Shown here one piece after another: positions 9,057 through 18,046 of a stretch of 52,117 nucleotides of DNA. The first letter of the stretch is position 1; each line of letters starts with the position of its first letter. The translations under genes and the position numbers were made by a program. The notes beneath the pieces were generated by a model, which did no database searches, was not told the DNA's origin, and saw only the letters and a program-made list of their open reading frames with translations. The stretch is taken from NCBI GenBank assembly GCA_937907585.1, contig CALCVH010000063.1:1-52117 (forward strand), in the 5' to 3' direction. This DNA comes from an uncultured Bacillota bacterium. GTDB taxonomy: Bacteria > Bacillota_I > Bacilli_A > Izemoplasmatales > UBA1188.

Positions 9057-12000
9057 ATGAAAAAACAAAAAATCATTTTTTCATCAATGCTCGTCTTATT
9101 TTTGATTGGTTTATTAACATCATTAATGACCTCAAAAGTAAAGACTGCAAAAGCAGCCGCTCAAACTCTATTTGAACAAGATTTTGAAGCTTGTGAATTA
9201 GTTAGCGGTTCTGATAATGTTTATCATGCATCAAACGGATTCGCTGGTGCATCTGATGGATTATCAATTGTTGAACAAGGTATTGATGGTAAGTCATTAA
9301 AAGTTGCTCATGCATTCTGGCCTAAAGCTGATGGTGGTTGGCAAAAAGAAGTGCTCTATAAAGACAATTTATTAATGGAATCAGCTGACGCTTATTATGC
9401 ATTATATTTTGAGGTAGAAGCATTTGGCAACATAGATTATATTTACTTTAAAGGCGCTAAAGGAATTGAAGGTGCACAAGTTGAATATAATGTTGGAGCA
9501 GGTACTATGCTTGCTCAAGGAGATGCTGGATTAAAGGCTGATTATGTTAAAGAAGGAAACGTTTATAAAGTTCAAATGTCATGGCAAGGCAATGGCGGAA
9601 ACAGTAAAGTATTCTTCTTTACTAATGTTCATTCAACAGATCCAGAAGGTGATGCTGGTTATTATCTAATCGATAATTTCAAATTCTTATCATCTGACGC
9701 TCCAATCGTTATGAACAATTTAAGTGTTCCAACTGAAGGATATACTAAATTATGGGGAACAGACTTTAATGATGTTGATCCTTCGACAGTTGGAAGCGAT
9801 GCAATGTATGCTGTAAATGGATTTGCTGGATTAGGTGATAGTGGACTTTCTATTGATCCAACTGGATTCAATGGCACTCAAGCATTAAAAGGTGTTTACA
9901 CTTTCTATGATAATGGATGGCAACAATCAACTATCTATGAAACTGCATATTTATGGAATAACTTCTGGACAAATGCATATAGACTTTCATTTAGTTTTAA
10001 ACCATTTGGTAAAGTAGATTGTGGTGATATTTACTTAAAAGGTAGAGCAGAAGAAAACTATCCTATCACTGCGATAATTAGATATGAAGTATCTACTGGT
10101 AGAATGTTCTTTAGCCAAAGAGATACCAGTGTAGTTCTAGGCTTAGATTATTCACATGTTGATGGTGTATTTACTGCGAACATTTATCTAAGAGGAACTG
10201 ATGGAGGCTTACTTGTTGAATACTTGGCTCATACTGGGGATCCTGCAAACGCAAATAGCGCATTAGATTCTGGATTATTAATAGATGATTTCTCATTATC
10301 TAAATGTGATAATTATGAATTAGATAAGAAAGCAGAAAAGATTATATACAAACAAGACTTTACAACTATCGAAACAACAGTTGTTGGAAGTGATGCAATG
10401 TACGGTGCTACTGGATTTGCAGGTCCACAAGGTTTAACAATCGATGAAAATGGTATCGATGGTAAAACATTAAAAGTTGTTCATACTTTCTGGCCAGTAG
10501 CTGATGGCGGATGGCAAAAAGACAGCATGTATCAAACAACTAGATTAACAGGAACTAAATCAGAAAACCTTTATGAATTATCTGCTGACATTAAGTTATT
10601 TGGTGCTGTTGGTCAAGGCGATTTTAAATTATTAATGGCCGATACACCTGTAGCGTCTGTTACACTTAAGAAAGATGGAACACATAAACTTAATCCTGGT
10701 GAATGTAATTCAGAAAAAATAAAGGATATCTTTGTAACATATGATTCTAATACTCAAGTATTCCATTTAAGTTTCAAATTTAATGGTACTAGCGAAACTA
10801 TTATGTTCATTGACTATATGAACACAACTGATAATGAAAGTGAAACTGGATTCTATCTTGATAACTTTAAGTTAGCTGCGGTAATGCCTAAAACAGCGAA
10901 AGAAACTGTTCAAGGAACATATGAAACTATATTTAGTCAAAACTTTGATTCTCTAACTGCAGGTACTAAATACGCTACTGGTGATCAAATGTATCAAGCA
11001 ATTGCTTTCGCTGGTCCAAACGATGCTACAAAAACTGATAGAGAAATCATTGCTGATGGAATCAACAATAACTCACTTAAAATCACTTATGATTTCTTTG
11101 ATAATAATTGTTCACAAGGTTCTTTATATCTTGACTGGAATAAGGCAGTAGGTGCTGCTTCAGAACTATATACAATCTATAAATTTGAAGTTAATATTAA
11201 GACATTTGGAGATGTAGATACTGAAATCTATAAGAATATGGGTGACTGGGTTGGAATTAACTTAGTTACTGGTAATACGTGGGGACCAGATGTATCTAAC
11301 TTTATCTATAGTGAATCTAAATTAGAAAATGGCGTTTACCATTATGTCGCATATCTATATGGTAATAACGGTTCATTAACAGATACATTTGAAGTTCATA
11401 TTGTTCCATCAAGTGAAGCCCCTACTGGACTAATCATTGATGACTATAAAATTTCAAAGAAAGTTTCTAATGAAGTTCAAGATGAACCAATTGTTGTTGA
11501 TTACACTCCATCTATTGGAAATGCTAAATATGAACTTGGCTCTAATCAAAATGTAGAATTCGTTGTTGAATTAAAAGGCCAAGATGTGACTTCATTAAAG
11601 ATTGGAGATAGAGTTTTAACTGATACTGAATATAAAGTAAGTGGTAATAAACTAACTGTTAATTATCAAGTATTAGAAGAATTAGATCCAGGTGAATATC
11701 AAGTTGCTTTATCAACTATCGAAAACGCAACTTCTTCATTAATGATTACTAATATTCAAGCTCAAATTTCAGGACACTATGTAAGTAGATATAGCACAAA
11801 CTTTGATGATATTGAAACTGGTAATTATACTGGTGATCAAATGTATCATATCAATGGATTTGCTGGTATGAATACTCAAGTAGTAGAAGACGGAATCAAT
11901 AATAAATCTTTAAAAGCGACTTATGAATTCTATCCTGTAACTGATGGTGGATGGCAAAAATCTAATCTTTATATTGATTCAAGTAAGACTCAAGCTAAAG

Positions 12001-14681
12001 ATTTAAATACTGTATATAAAATTTCATATAAGATTAAACCATTTGGATCATATGCGATGGTTGCGTTCGGTATCCAATTCGCTGATAACACATCATCATA
12101 TCCAAACGCAGTAATCTATTTAAAATCTGATGGATCATATTCTAACGATACAAATAATCTATTAATTAAATATGATGTTACATATGCTGATGGAGTATTC
12201 ACAGTAGATGCATATTATAAGACAGCTGGATATTTCTTATTCAATTACTGGCATATGCAGAGAACTGATGATGATGTTGAAACTGGATTCATGCTTGATG
12301 ATTACTCATTCTCAGTTGTTGAAAATCCAAGCGTAGTTCTTGGTGAAGATATCTACGATATCGTTGTTCAAGATCTCCCTGCAATTGTATTAAATCTTGC
12401 AGGATTTGAAGTACAACATGTTAAAGTTGATGGTGCTTTATTAGTAAAAGATACTGATTATGTATTAACTGATTTAGATAATGGTAATGCAAAACTTGAA
12501 TTAACTAAGACATATCTTTCAACAAAGAATGTTGGTGATGTAATCAACTTAGATATTAGAACTACTAAATCGACTAATTTAAGCGCTAAGGTTACTATAG
12601 TAAACGCTAAACCAATAATCACAGAAAAAGAATCTGTATTCGAACTTGACAGCAATAAAGATGTTGAATTAACTGTTGAACTAAAAGGTGGAGATATTAC
12701 ATCAATAACTCTAGGTGAAACTGTTCTTACAACTTCAGATTATGAATTATCTAATGGTAAACTTAGAATTAAAGCTCAATTCTTACAAACTATGACTGTT
12801 GGCAGTTATAAATTAACTCTAACAACAGGCGATAACGCAACTACAGTTATTAAGGTATCAGACGCTGATAGAACTATTGCTGGAACATATTCTTCAGTTT
12901 ATTCTCAAGACTTTGAATCAATCGACGCTGGACGCTATACAGAAGAACAATTCTATCCATTATCAGATGGATTTGCTGGACTTGGAAATGACACTCCTGG
13001 AAGACATGAAGTAACTCAAGATAAATACTTAAAAGCTTACTATAATTTCTTCCCAGTAGCTGAAGGTGGCTGGCAAAATGGAATGATCTATTTGAATTCA
13101 GGACGTACTCAAGCTAAAGATACTAACTTAATCTATAAGATTTCATTCCAGGTAAGTGGATTTGGCGCATGGGCACAAATATGTCATGGTATTCAAGTTG
13201 CGGAAAGCGGATATCCAAACGACTGGCTACATCTTTATAATGATGGAACTTATGAATTTGAAACAAATAATAACTTACTAGTTAAGAGTGAAGTTGAATA
13301 CCTAAATGGCACATTCAATGTAACATTATATTATAGAAGTGCTGGATTCTTCCTATTCAACTTATGGAACTGTCAAAGAACTGATGACAATGTTGAAACA
13401 GGTATTATTTTAGATAATTTCGTATTCTCTAAGATGGATATTCCTGAAGCAGTAAGCGGAAATAACAAATTCGATAAAGCAGTTAATAATAATCCTTATT
13501 ATCTAATTGATTTATACGGATACGAAGTTACATCTGTAACTGTTAAAGATTCACCTCTTACAAAAGATACTGATTACACATTAGAAGCACTCTTTGGTTC
13601 TACAAGAACAAGATTAGAATTAACTACTGCATTCTTAAATAAATATAGTGTTGGTGATTCATTAACTTTAGTAGTCACAACTTCTAAAGGTAATAGTATT
13701 GAATTAGATTTATCAATAGTTGATACAACTCCAACTGTTCCATCATCTTCAGATGTCGATGTAGCATTAAATACTAGCTTAGAATTAAGCGTTGATTTAA
13801 AAGGAGAAAATATCGCTACTATCTCATTAAATGGTAATGAATTATCAGGTAATGAGTTCACATTAAATACTGAAAAGACTCTCTTAACATTAAAGAAAGA
13901 ATATCTAGCTAAATTTGAAGCTGGTGAATATGAGTTCACATTAACTTCAACAAGTGGCGCTAAATCAACATTTAAGATCAATATCTCTAATACAACTCCA
14001 ACTATGGAAAGCGGTTCATTTAAGAAAGGTTCAACTGAACCTATGAGTGTAGCTGTTGATTTAATGGACAAGGAAATTACAGAAGTTTTAATTGATGATA
14101 AAGCGCTAGATACTGCTTCATACTCATATGAAAATGGTGTTCTAACTATTAATGTTAGCGCTCTTGAAACATTAACTGTAGGTGAACATACATTAAAAGT
14201 TAAAACTACAGGAACAGGTAGTGCAACTATCACTATTACTGATGCGAACCCAGAAATTACTGGTACGTATTCTATCAAGATGGGTGAAGACTTAGCCTTA
14301 ACAGTAGATTTACATAATAGAGAATTAACTGAAGTAAAAGTAAATTCATTCGTTCTTAACGCAAATGAATATACTTATAATAATGGAGTTCTCACTATTA
14401 AAGCTAGCGTTTTAGAAGAATTATCAGTTAATACTCATACAGTAACTATCACTACAGTAGGTGGCTCTACATCTATCGAGTTCACTTTAACTGAAGGTGA
14501 CACTCCAGTAGATCCAGGAAATCAAACTAATCCTCCTGTAACAGATAATCCTAATACACAAGTTGAACCATCTGAAACTGGTAAGAAGAAAGGATGTAAG
14601 AGCGCTATAGCTTCATCAATTCTTGGTACTATGTTATTATTAGCTTCAATCGTTGTGATTAAGAAAAAGAAAGAAGAATAA
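9057..14681 (+). CDS. giant modular cell-surface glycan-binding protein with C-terminal membrane or wall anchor
   Basis: 1874 aa. Signal peptide with an AKA/A cleavage site. Six ~180-aa modules and seven ~85-aa modules. Pro/Thr/Asn linker, then 'PSETG', a hydrophobic helix and a 'KKKKEE' tail. Confidence 0.85.
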   Translation: MKKQKIIFSSMLVLFLIGLLTSLMTSKVKTAKAAAQTLFEQDFEACELVSGSDNVYHASNGFAGASDGLSIVEQGIDGKSLKVAHAFWPKADGGWQKEVLYKDNLLMESADAYYALYFEVEAFGNIDYIYFKGAKGIEGAQVEYNVGAGTMLAQGDAGLKADYVKEGNVYKVQMSWQGNGGNSKVFFFTNVHSTDPEGDAGYYLIDNFKFLSSDAPIVMNNLSVPTEGYTKLWGTDFNDVDPSTVGSDAMYAVNGFAGLGDSGLSIDPTGFNGTQALKGVYTFYDNGWQQSTIYETAYLWNNFWTNAYRLSFSFKPFGKVDCGDIYLKGRAEENYPITAIIRYEVSTGRMFFSQRDTSVVLGLDYSHVDGVFTANIYLRGTDGGLLVEYLAHTGDPANANSALDSGLLIDDFSLSKCDNYELDKKAEKIIYKQDFTTIETTVVGSDAMYGATGFAGPQGLTIDENGIDGKTLKVVHTFWPVADGGWQKDSMYQTTRLTGTKSENLYELSADIKLFGAVGQGDFKLLMADTPVASVTLKKDGTHKLNPGECNSEKIKDIFVTYDSNTQVFHLSFKFNGTSETIMFIDYMNTTDNESETGFYLDNFKLAAVMPKTAKETVQGTYETIFSQNFDSLTAGTKYATGDQMYQAIAFAGPNDATKTDREIIADGINNNSLKITYDFFDNNCSQGSLYLDWNKAVGAASELYTIYKFEVNIKTFGDVDTEIYKNMGDWVGINLVTGNTWGPDVSNFIYSESKLENGVYHYVAYLYGNNGSLTDTFEVHIVPSSEAPTGLIIDDYKISKKVSNEVQDEPIVVDYTPSIGNAKYELGSNQNVEFVVELKGQDVTSLKIGDRVLTDTEYKVSGNKLTVNYQVLEELDPGEYQVALSTIENATSSLMITNIQAQISGHYVSRYSTNFDDIETGNYTGDQMYHINGFAGMNTQVVEDGINNKSLKATYEFYPVTDGGWQKSNLYIDSSKTQAKDLNTVYKISYKIKPFGSYAMVAFGIQFADNTSSYPNAVIYLKSDGSYSNDTNNLLIKYDVTYADGVFTVDAYYKTAGYFLFNYWHMQRTDDDVETGFMLDDYSFSVVENPSVVLGEDIYDIVVQDLPAIVLNLAGFEVQHVKVDGALLVKDTDYVLTDLDNGNAKLELTKTYLSTKNVGDVINLDIRTTKSTNLSAKVTIVNAKPIITEKESVFELDSNKDVELTVELKGGDITSITLGETVLTTSDYELSNGKLRIKAQFLQTMTVGSYKLTLTTGDNATTVIKVSDADRTIAGTYSSVYSQDFESIDAGRYTEEQFYPLSDGFAGLGNDTPGRHEVTQDKYLKAYYNFFPVAEGGWQNGMIYLNSGRTQAKDTNLIYKISFQVSGFGAWAQICHGIQVAESGYPNDWLHLYNDGTYEFETNNNLLVKSEVEYLNGTFNVTLYYRSAGFFLFNLWNCQRTDDNVETGIILDNFVFSKMDIPEAVSGNNKFDKAVNNNPYYLIDLYGYEVTSVTVKDSPLTKDTDYTLEALFGSTRTRLELTTAFLNKYSVGDSLTLVVTTSKGNSIELDLSIVDTTPTVPSSSDVDVALNTSLELSVDLKGENIATISLNGNELSGNEFTLNTEKTLLTLKKEYLAKFEAGEYEFTLTSTSGAKSTFKINISNTTPTMESGSFKKGSTEPMSVAVDLMDKEITEVLIDDKALDTASYSYENGVLTINVSALETLTVGEHTLKVKTTGTGSATITITDANPEITGTYSIKMGEDLALTVDLHNRELTEVKVNSFVLNANEYTYNNGVLTIKASVLEELSVNTHTVTITTVGGSTSIEFTLTEGDTPVDPGNQTNPPVTDNPNTQVEPSETGKKKGCKSAIASSILGTMLLLASIVVIKKKKEE
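9165..14492 (+). repeat. in-frame protein-module repeats inside the surface protein gene
   Basis: CBM-like modules at approx 9165-9692, 9738-10304, 10341-10880, 10911-11459, 11772-12314 and 12879-13433. They share 'G(S/D)xMY..NGFAG', 'DGGWQ' and a terminal '(I/L)(I/L)D(D/N)(F/Y)' block. X2/Ig-like modules at approx 11487-11753, 12330-12605, 12609-12860, 13449-13724, 13728-13991, 13992-14243 and 14244-14492. Confidence 0.8.
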
Positions 14682-14696
14682 TATATTAATTCAGTA

Positions 14697-14726
14697 AATC
14701 AGTCTCCCTTTTTTGGGAGACTGATT
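14697..14726 (+). terminator. 12-bp perfect hairpin after the surface protein gene
   Basis: AATCAGTCTCCC / TTTTTT loop / GGGAGACTGATT. No T-tract after the stem, so function is uncertain. Confidence 0.55.
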
Positions 14727-14740
14727 CATATCGTAAACAA

Positions 14741-17113
14741 ATGAAGAAAGAACAATTTATCAAAGAATCAACCCCATCTAAATCTGAATACTTTTCATGG
14801 ATTAATAATACTAATGAAGGTTCTAGCGAAGCTAACACAATGGCTAATCTAGAATTTTTTAAGTATCTATATGATAATTATTCAATGATTTTAGATATCT
14901 ATACACTTGATGCGGGAAATCTAGATAGTCCTTCATCTTCATATGAATATCTAGATTCATTAAAGCTTAAAAAACAATTTCCAAATGGCTATTACCCTAT
15001 TGTGAATAAAGCTAAAGAAATGAATACTAGATTAGGTATATGGGGTGGACCTGATGGATATGGCACTACTAGAGCTCAAGCAAAAAAGAGACACGATGAT
15101 TTAGTAAAACTATCAAAAGATTATAATTTCGCCCTTTTTAAATTTGATGCGGTATGTGGTGAACTGAAAATAGAAAATATAAAATATTTTGAAAAAACAA
15201 TCAATGATTGTAGGAAATACTCAAAAGATTTAATATTAACTACTCATAGAATTAATTTAGGTAAAGCGAGCTATCTTCAAAACACTTTCCTTTGGGAAGG
15301 TTTAGAAACATATACAGATGTACACTGTTATAATAAAATATGCGCTCCACATAATAGAGCTTATATTTTTAATAGAGGATATACGCCTGAATTAAAAAGA
15401 TTAACAGAAGATCATGGTGTTTGTATATCTTCATCAATCGATTATTTTGAGGATGATTTAATCTATCAAGCATTCAATAGATGTTTAATTTTATCTCCTC
15501 AAATATATGGTAATCCATGGTTTTTAAGAGATGATGAGCTTCCAATTTTCGCTCACATCTTTAATATGCATAGAAAATATAGAGATATTTTAGTTAATGC
15601 GTTAGCCCCATCTAATATAGATTTAGGAGATAATCCTATTATAAGAGGATCGTCTAATCATAAACTTATTTCAACTGGTAACGCTTCATGGAATAAAAAA
15701 ACAATCAATATTCCATTAAATGAGACAGTAGGAATAAAAACCAATAAAAAAATCGCATGTATAATCAAATTCCCTTATGAAGAATTCATTGGGATATTTG
15801 ATTATAATGATAATATAAAAATAGAACTAGAACCATTTAGAGCGTCTTTAATTGAGTTAGTCACTATTGATAAACTAGATAATGTAATTATTAACGCTAA
15901 ATATCAAATAGAAAAAGAAGACTTTGAATACAACATTAAAAAAGTAAAGATATTAAAAGCGAATGGTCCTATATATTATTTAAAAAACGGAAATAAACAA
16001 CAGCTATCTAATATAGTTGTTGATGATATAGAAAATAATCCATTATATATATCTTCTTTAGAAAGAAAAGAAGTTCCATCAAATTCAGAAGAACTTTATG
16101 AAAATATATATTTTAATTTAGAAAATGAAAGTCTAGAAAAAAGATCGATTAATAGAAGCGGTGAATCGAATATAAAAGAAGTAAATAAATGTAGAGAATT
16201 CTTCTTTAATCAAGATTCATATAATAAAAGAGGTTTAGATTCTTTAATTCCTTTTGATGGTAATAAAGATACTATATTTGATACGAAATCCATATCTTAT
16301 ATCAATCATAATAATAGAAAAGGGTTTAGAGTTCTTGGTGGTACATTAAGAATTGATTTAGGTGATATATATGAATTTGATACTTTAGAAATTGAATACT
16401 ATAAAAAACCTAAACCAGATTCATATATGTTTAGTGAAAATAATCCGATAGATAATTATGAATCATCTATAGATTTAAAATCTTGGATAAGAGGCACTTT
16501 AAAAGAAAATAAAAAAATAGAAAATACAAGCCTACCTGTATATGCGTATTATAGTGATAACTATCAATATGAAGATGGCTATAGAATGAAAGTTACGTAT
16601 AAAACTAATATAAATAAATCACGTTATATTAGAATACCTGAACAGGTAGATAGAATATACACTATTAAATTATTTAATAATAATATTGAGGTTAAACCAT
16701 TAAACCCTCATCTTAATTATCTATTTGCGCCATATTATAAAAGAAAAACAAAACATTATTTTGAAAAAGAATTATTATTAAAATCAAATAATAAATATCC
16801 ATTCTTATCTATTGCGGTTAATGGATATGTAGGATATGAAAATGTATCTACTGGAATAATTATTGATGATATTATTTATCCTGCGCCAAGAAGAGCGCCT
16901 GAATATCCATCTAACGCATTTGAATATCCAGTTCATCCAGTAGATTCTAACTATACCTTCTTTATTCCAATAAAAGAAGAATGGTTAAATAAAAAAGCTA
17001 AAGTATTCGTATTAATTGGTGAAGATGATAAATTAACTAATCTTCCTAAAATAGATATTTATATGTGTGATGAACATAAAAAAAGAGAAGGGGTAATACT
17101 TGAAATTGAATAA
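14741..17113 (+). CDS. cytoplasmic glycoside-hydrolase-like protein (clan GH-D/alpha-galactosidase-like TIM barrel suspected) with C-terminal beta-sandwich region
   Basis: No signal peptide. 'FALFKFDAV' resembles the (K/W)xD block of GH27/36-type enzymes. 'FRVLGGTLRIDLGDIYEFDTLEIEY' is discoidin/CBM-like. Assignment is weak. Confidence 0.4.
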   Translation: MKKEQFIKESTPSKSEYFSWINNTNEGSSEANTMANLEFFKYLYDNYSMILDIYTLDAGNLDSPSSSYEYLDSLKLKKQFPNGYYPIVNKAKEMNTRLGIWGGPDGYGTTRAQAKKRHDDLVKLSKDYNFALFKFDAVCGELKIENIKYFEKTINDCRKYSKDLILTTHRINLGKASYLQNTFLWEGLETYTDVHCYNKICAPHNRAYIFNRGYTPELKRLTEDHGVCISSSIDYFEDDLIYQAFNRCLILSPQIYGNPWFLRDDELPIFAHIFNMHRKYRDILVNALAPSNIDLGDNPIIRGSSNHKLISTGNASWNKKTINIPLNETVGIKTNKKIACIIKFPYEEFIGIFDYNDNIKIELEPFRASLIELVTIDKLDNVIINAKYQIEKEDFEYNIKKVKILKANGPIYYLKNGNKQQLSNIVVDDIENNPLYISSLERKEVPSNSEELYENIYFNLENESLEKRSINRSGESNIKEVNKCREFFFNQDSYNKRGLDSLIPFDGNKDTIFDTKSISYINHNNRKGFRVLGGTLRIDLGDIYEFDTLEIEYYKKPKPDSYMFSENNPIDNYESSIDLKSWIRGTLKENKKIENTSLPVYAYYSDNYQYEDGYRMKVTYKTNINKSRYIRIPEQVDRIYTIKLFNNNIEVKPLNPHLNYLFAPYYKRKTKHYFEKELLLKSNNKYPFLSIAVNGYVGYENVSTGIIIDDIIYPAPRRAPEYPSNAFEYPVHPVDSNYTFFIPIKEEWLNKKAKVFVLIGEDDKLTNLPKIDIYMCDEHKKREGVILEIE

Positions 17114-17121
17114 TTTAAGTA

Positions 17122-17979
17122 TTAGAGTCCGTTTCCTTCTCTATATTCTGTAGGTGACATTAGAACTGCTTTCTTAAAACATTTACAGAACTGCGCAGTT
17201 GATTGGAATCCACACATTTCAGCGACTTTACTAATCTTGAGGGATTTAACCTCAAGCAGTATCTCACAAGCGTATTGTATTCTTTTTGAGATTAAGTATT
17301 GACCTGGAGACTGATTCATCTTCTTAGTAAACAAAGTAGTAAAATACGCTCTTGAAACATTTATATCTTTACACAGCCCGCTTATTGTGATGTTGTCTGT
17401 GAATTTAGAATTAATATATTCAATTGCGTTTTCTAGTATTGATTCATTTTTAATGATATCGTTAGAATTCTTTACTTCATTAAGTTTTGATGAAATACGC
17501 TCTAGGACATTTATGCACATTCCTGTAACTTTTAAAGAGAATGTATCCTGGTTAATTGTGGATAGATCTAATTCATCAAGTTCATCCAGCAAAGCTTGGA
17601 GTTCAACAATATCTTCGTAACTGTAAGCGAATACCGCGTTATCTAATAAACCACTTTTTTGAAAGTATGTAACGCAGTCGATACCAGATAAGTTTATCCA
17701 ACAATATGACCAACCTTCATCGCTGCTTGGATAATATGATACAAGATTAGAAGGAGTTATAACGAAAGCGTCTCCTTCGCCAAGGTAGTATGTTTTATCA
17801 TCACAATTGAATATCCCCTTTCCTTTTGTGACAAAGTGAACAATAAAATTGTTCCTGTGAGTTGGAATATCGTTTCTATATGTTTTCTTTTCTTTACCAA
17901 ATTCTACAACACTTAATCCATTGAATGGGGATGAATATTCAACATAGGTTGTTACATTTTCTTTTTTAATGATATACAT
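17122..17979 (-). CDS. AraC family transcriptional regulator (cupin sensor + HTH)
   Basis: Start trimmed to MYIIKKEN (ATG at 17979). The C-terminus carries the AraC dual HTH ('SRAYFTTLFTKKMNQSPGQY', 'GFQSTAQFCKCFKKAVLMSPTEYR'). Confidence 0.9.
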   Translation of the reverse strand: MYIIKKENVTTYVEYSSPFNGLSVVEFGKEKKTYRNDIPTHRNNFIVHFVTKGKGIFNCDDKTYYLGEGDAFVITPSNLVSYYPSSDEGWSYCWINLSGIDCVTYFQKSGLLDNAVFAYSYEDIVELQALLDELDELDLSTINQDTFSLKVTGMCINVLERISSKLNEVKNSNDIIKNESILENAIEYINSKFTDNITISGLCKDINVSRAYFTTLFTKKMNQSPGQYLISKRIQYACEILLEVKSLKISKVAEMCGFQSTAQFCKCFKKAVLMSPTEYREGNGL

Positions 17980-18046
17980 ATCTAACCTCAATATTATAAT
18001 AAAATATATAGAACAAAAACACAATAAAAACATTAAAAGGAGTTTT

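Noticed and set aside
13574-14278. 234-aa minus-strand ORF inside the surface protein gene
   Set aside because: It lies entirely antisense to a strongly supported modular CDS. It has no RBS and low-complexity translation. Long antisense ORFs are expected in repetitive coding DNA with few stop codons in that frame.
14560-14681. Canonical LPxTG sortase signal on the surface protein
   Set aside because: The pentapeptide is PSETG, with Pro at position 1 rather than 2. The overall tripartite shape is right, but the motif is non-canonical. I report it as an anchor of uncertain mechanism.
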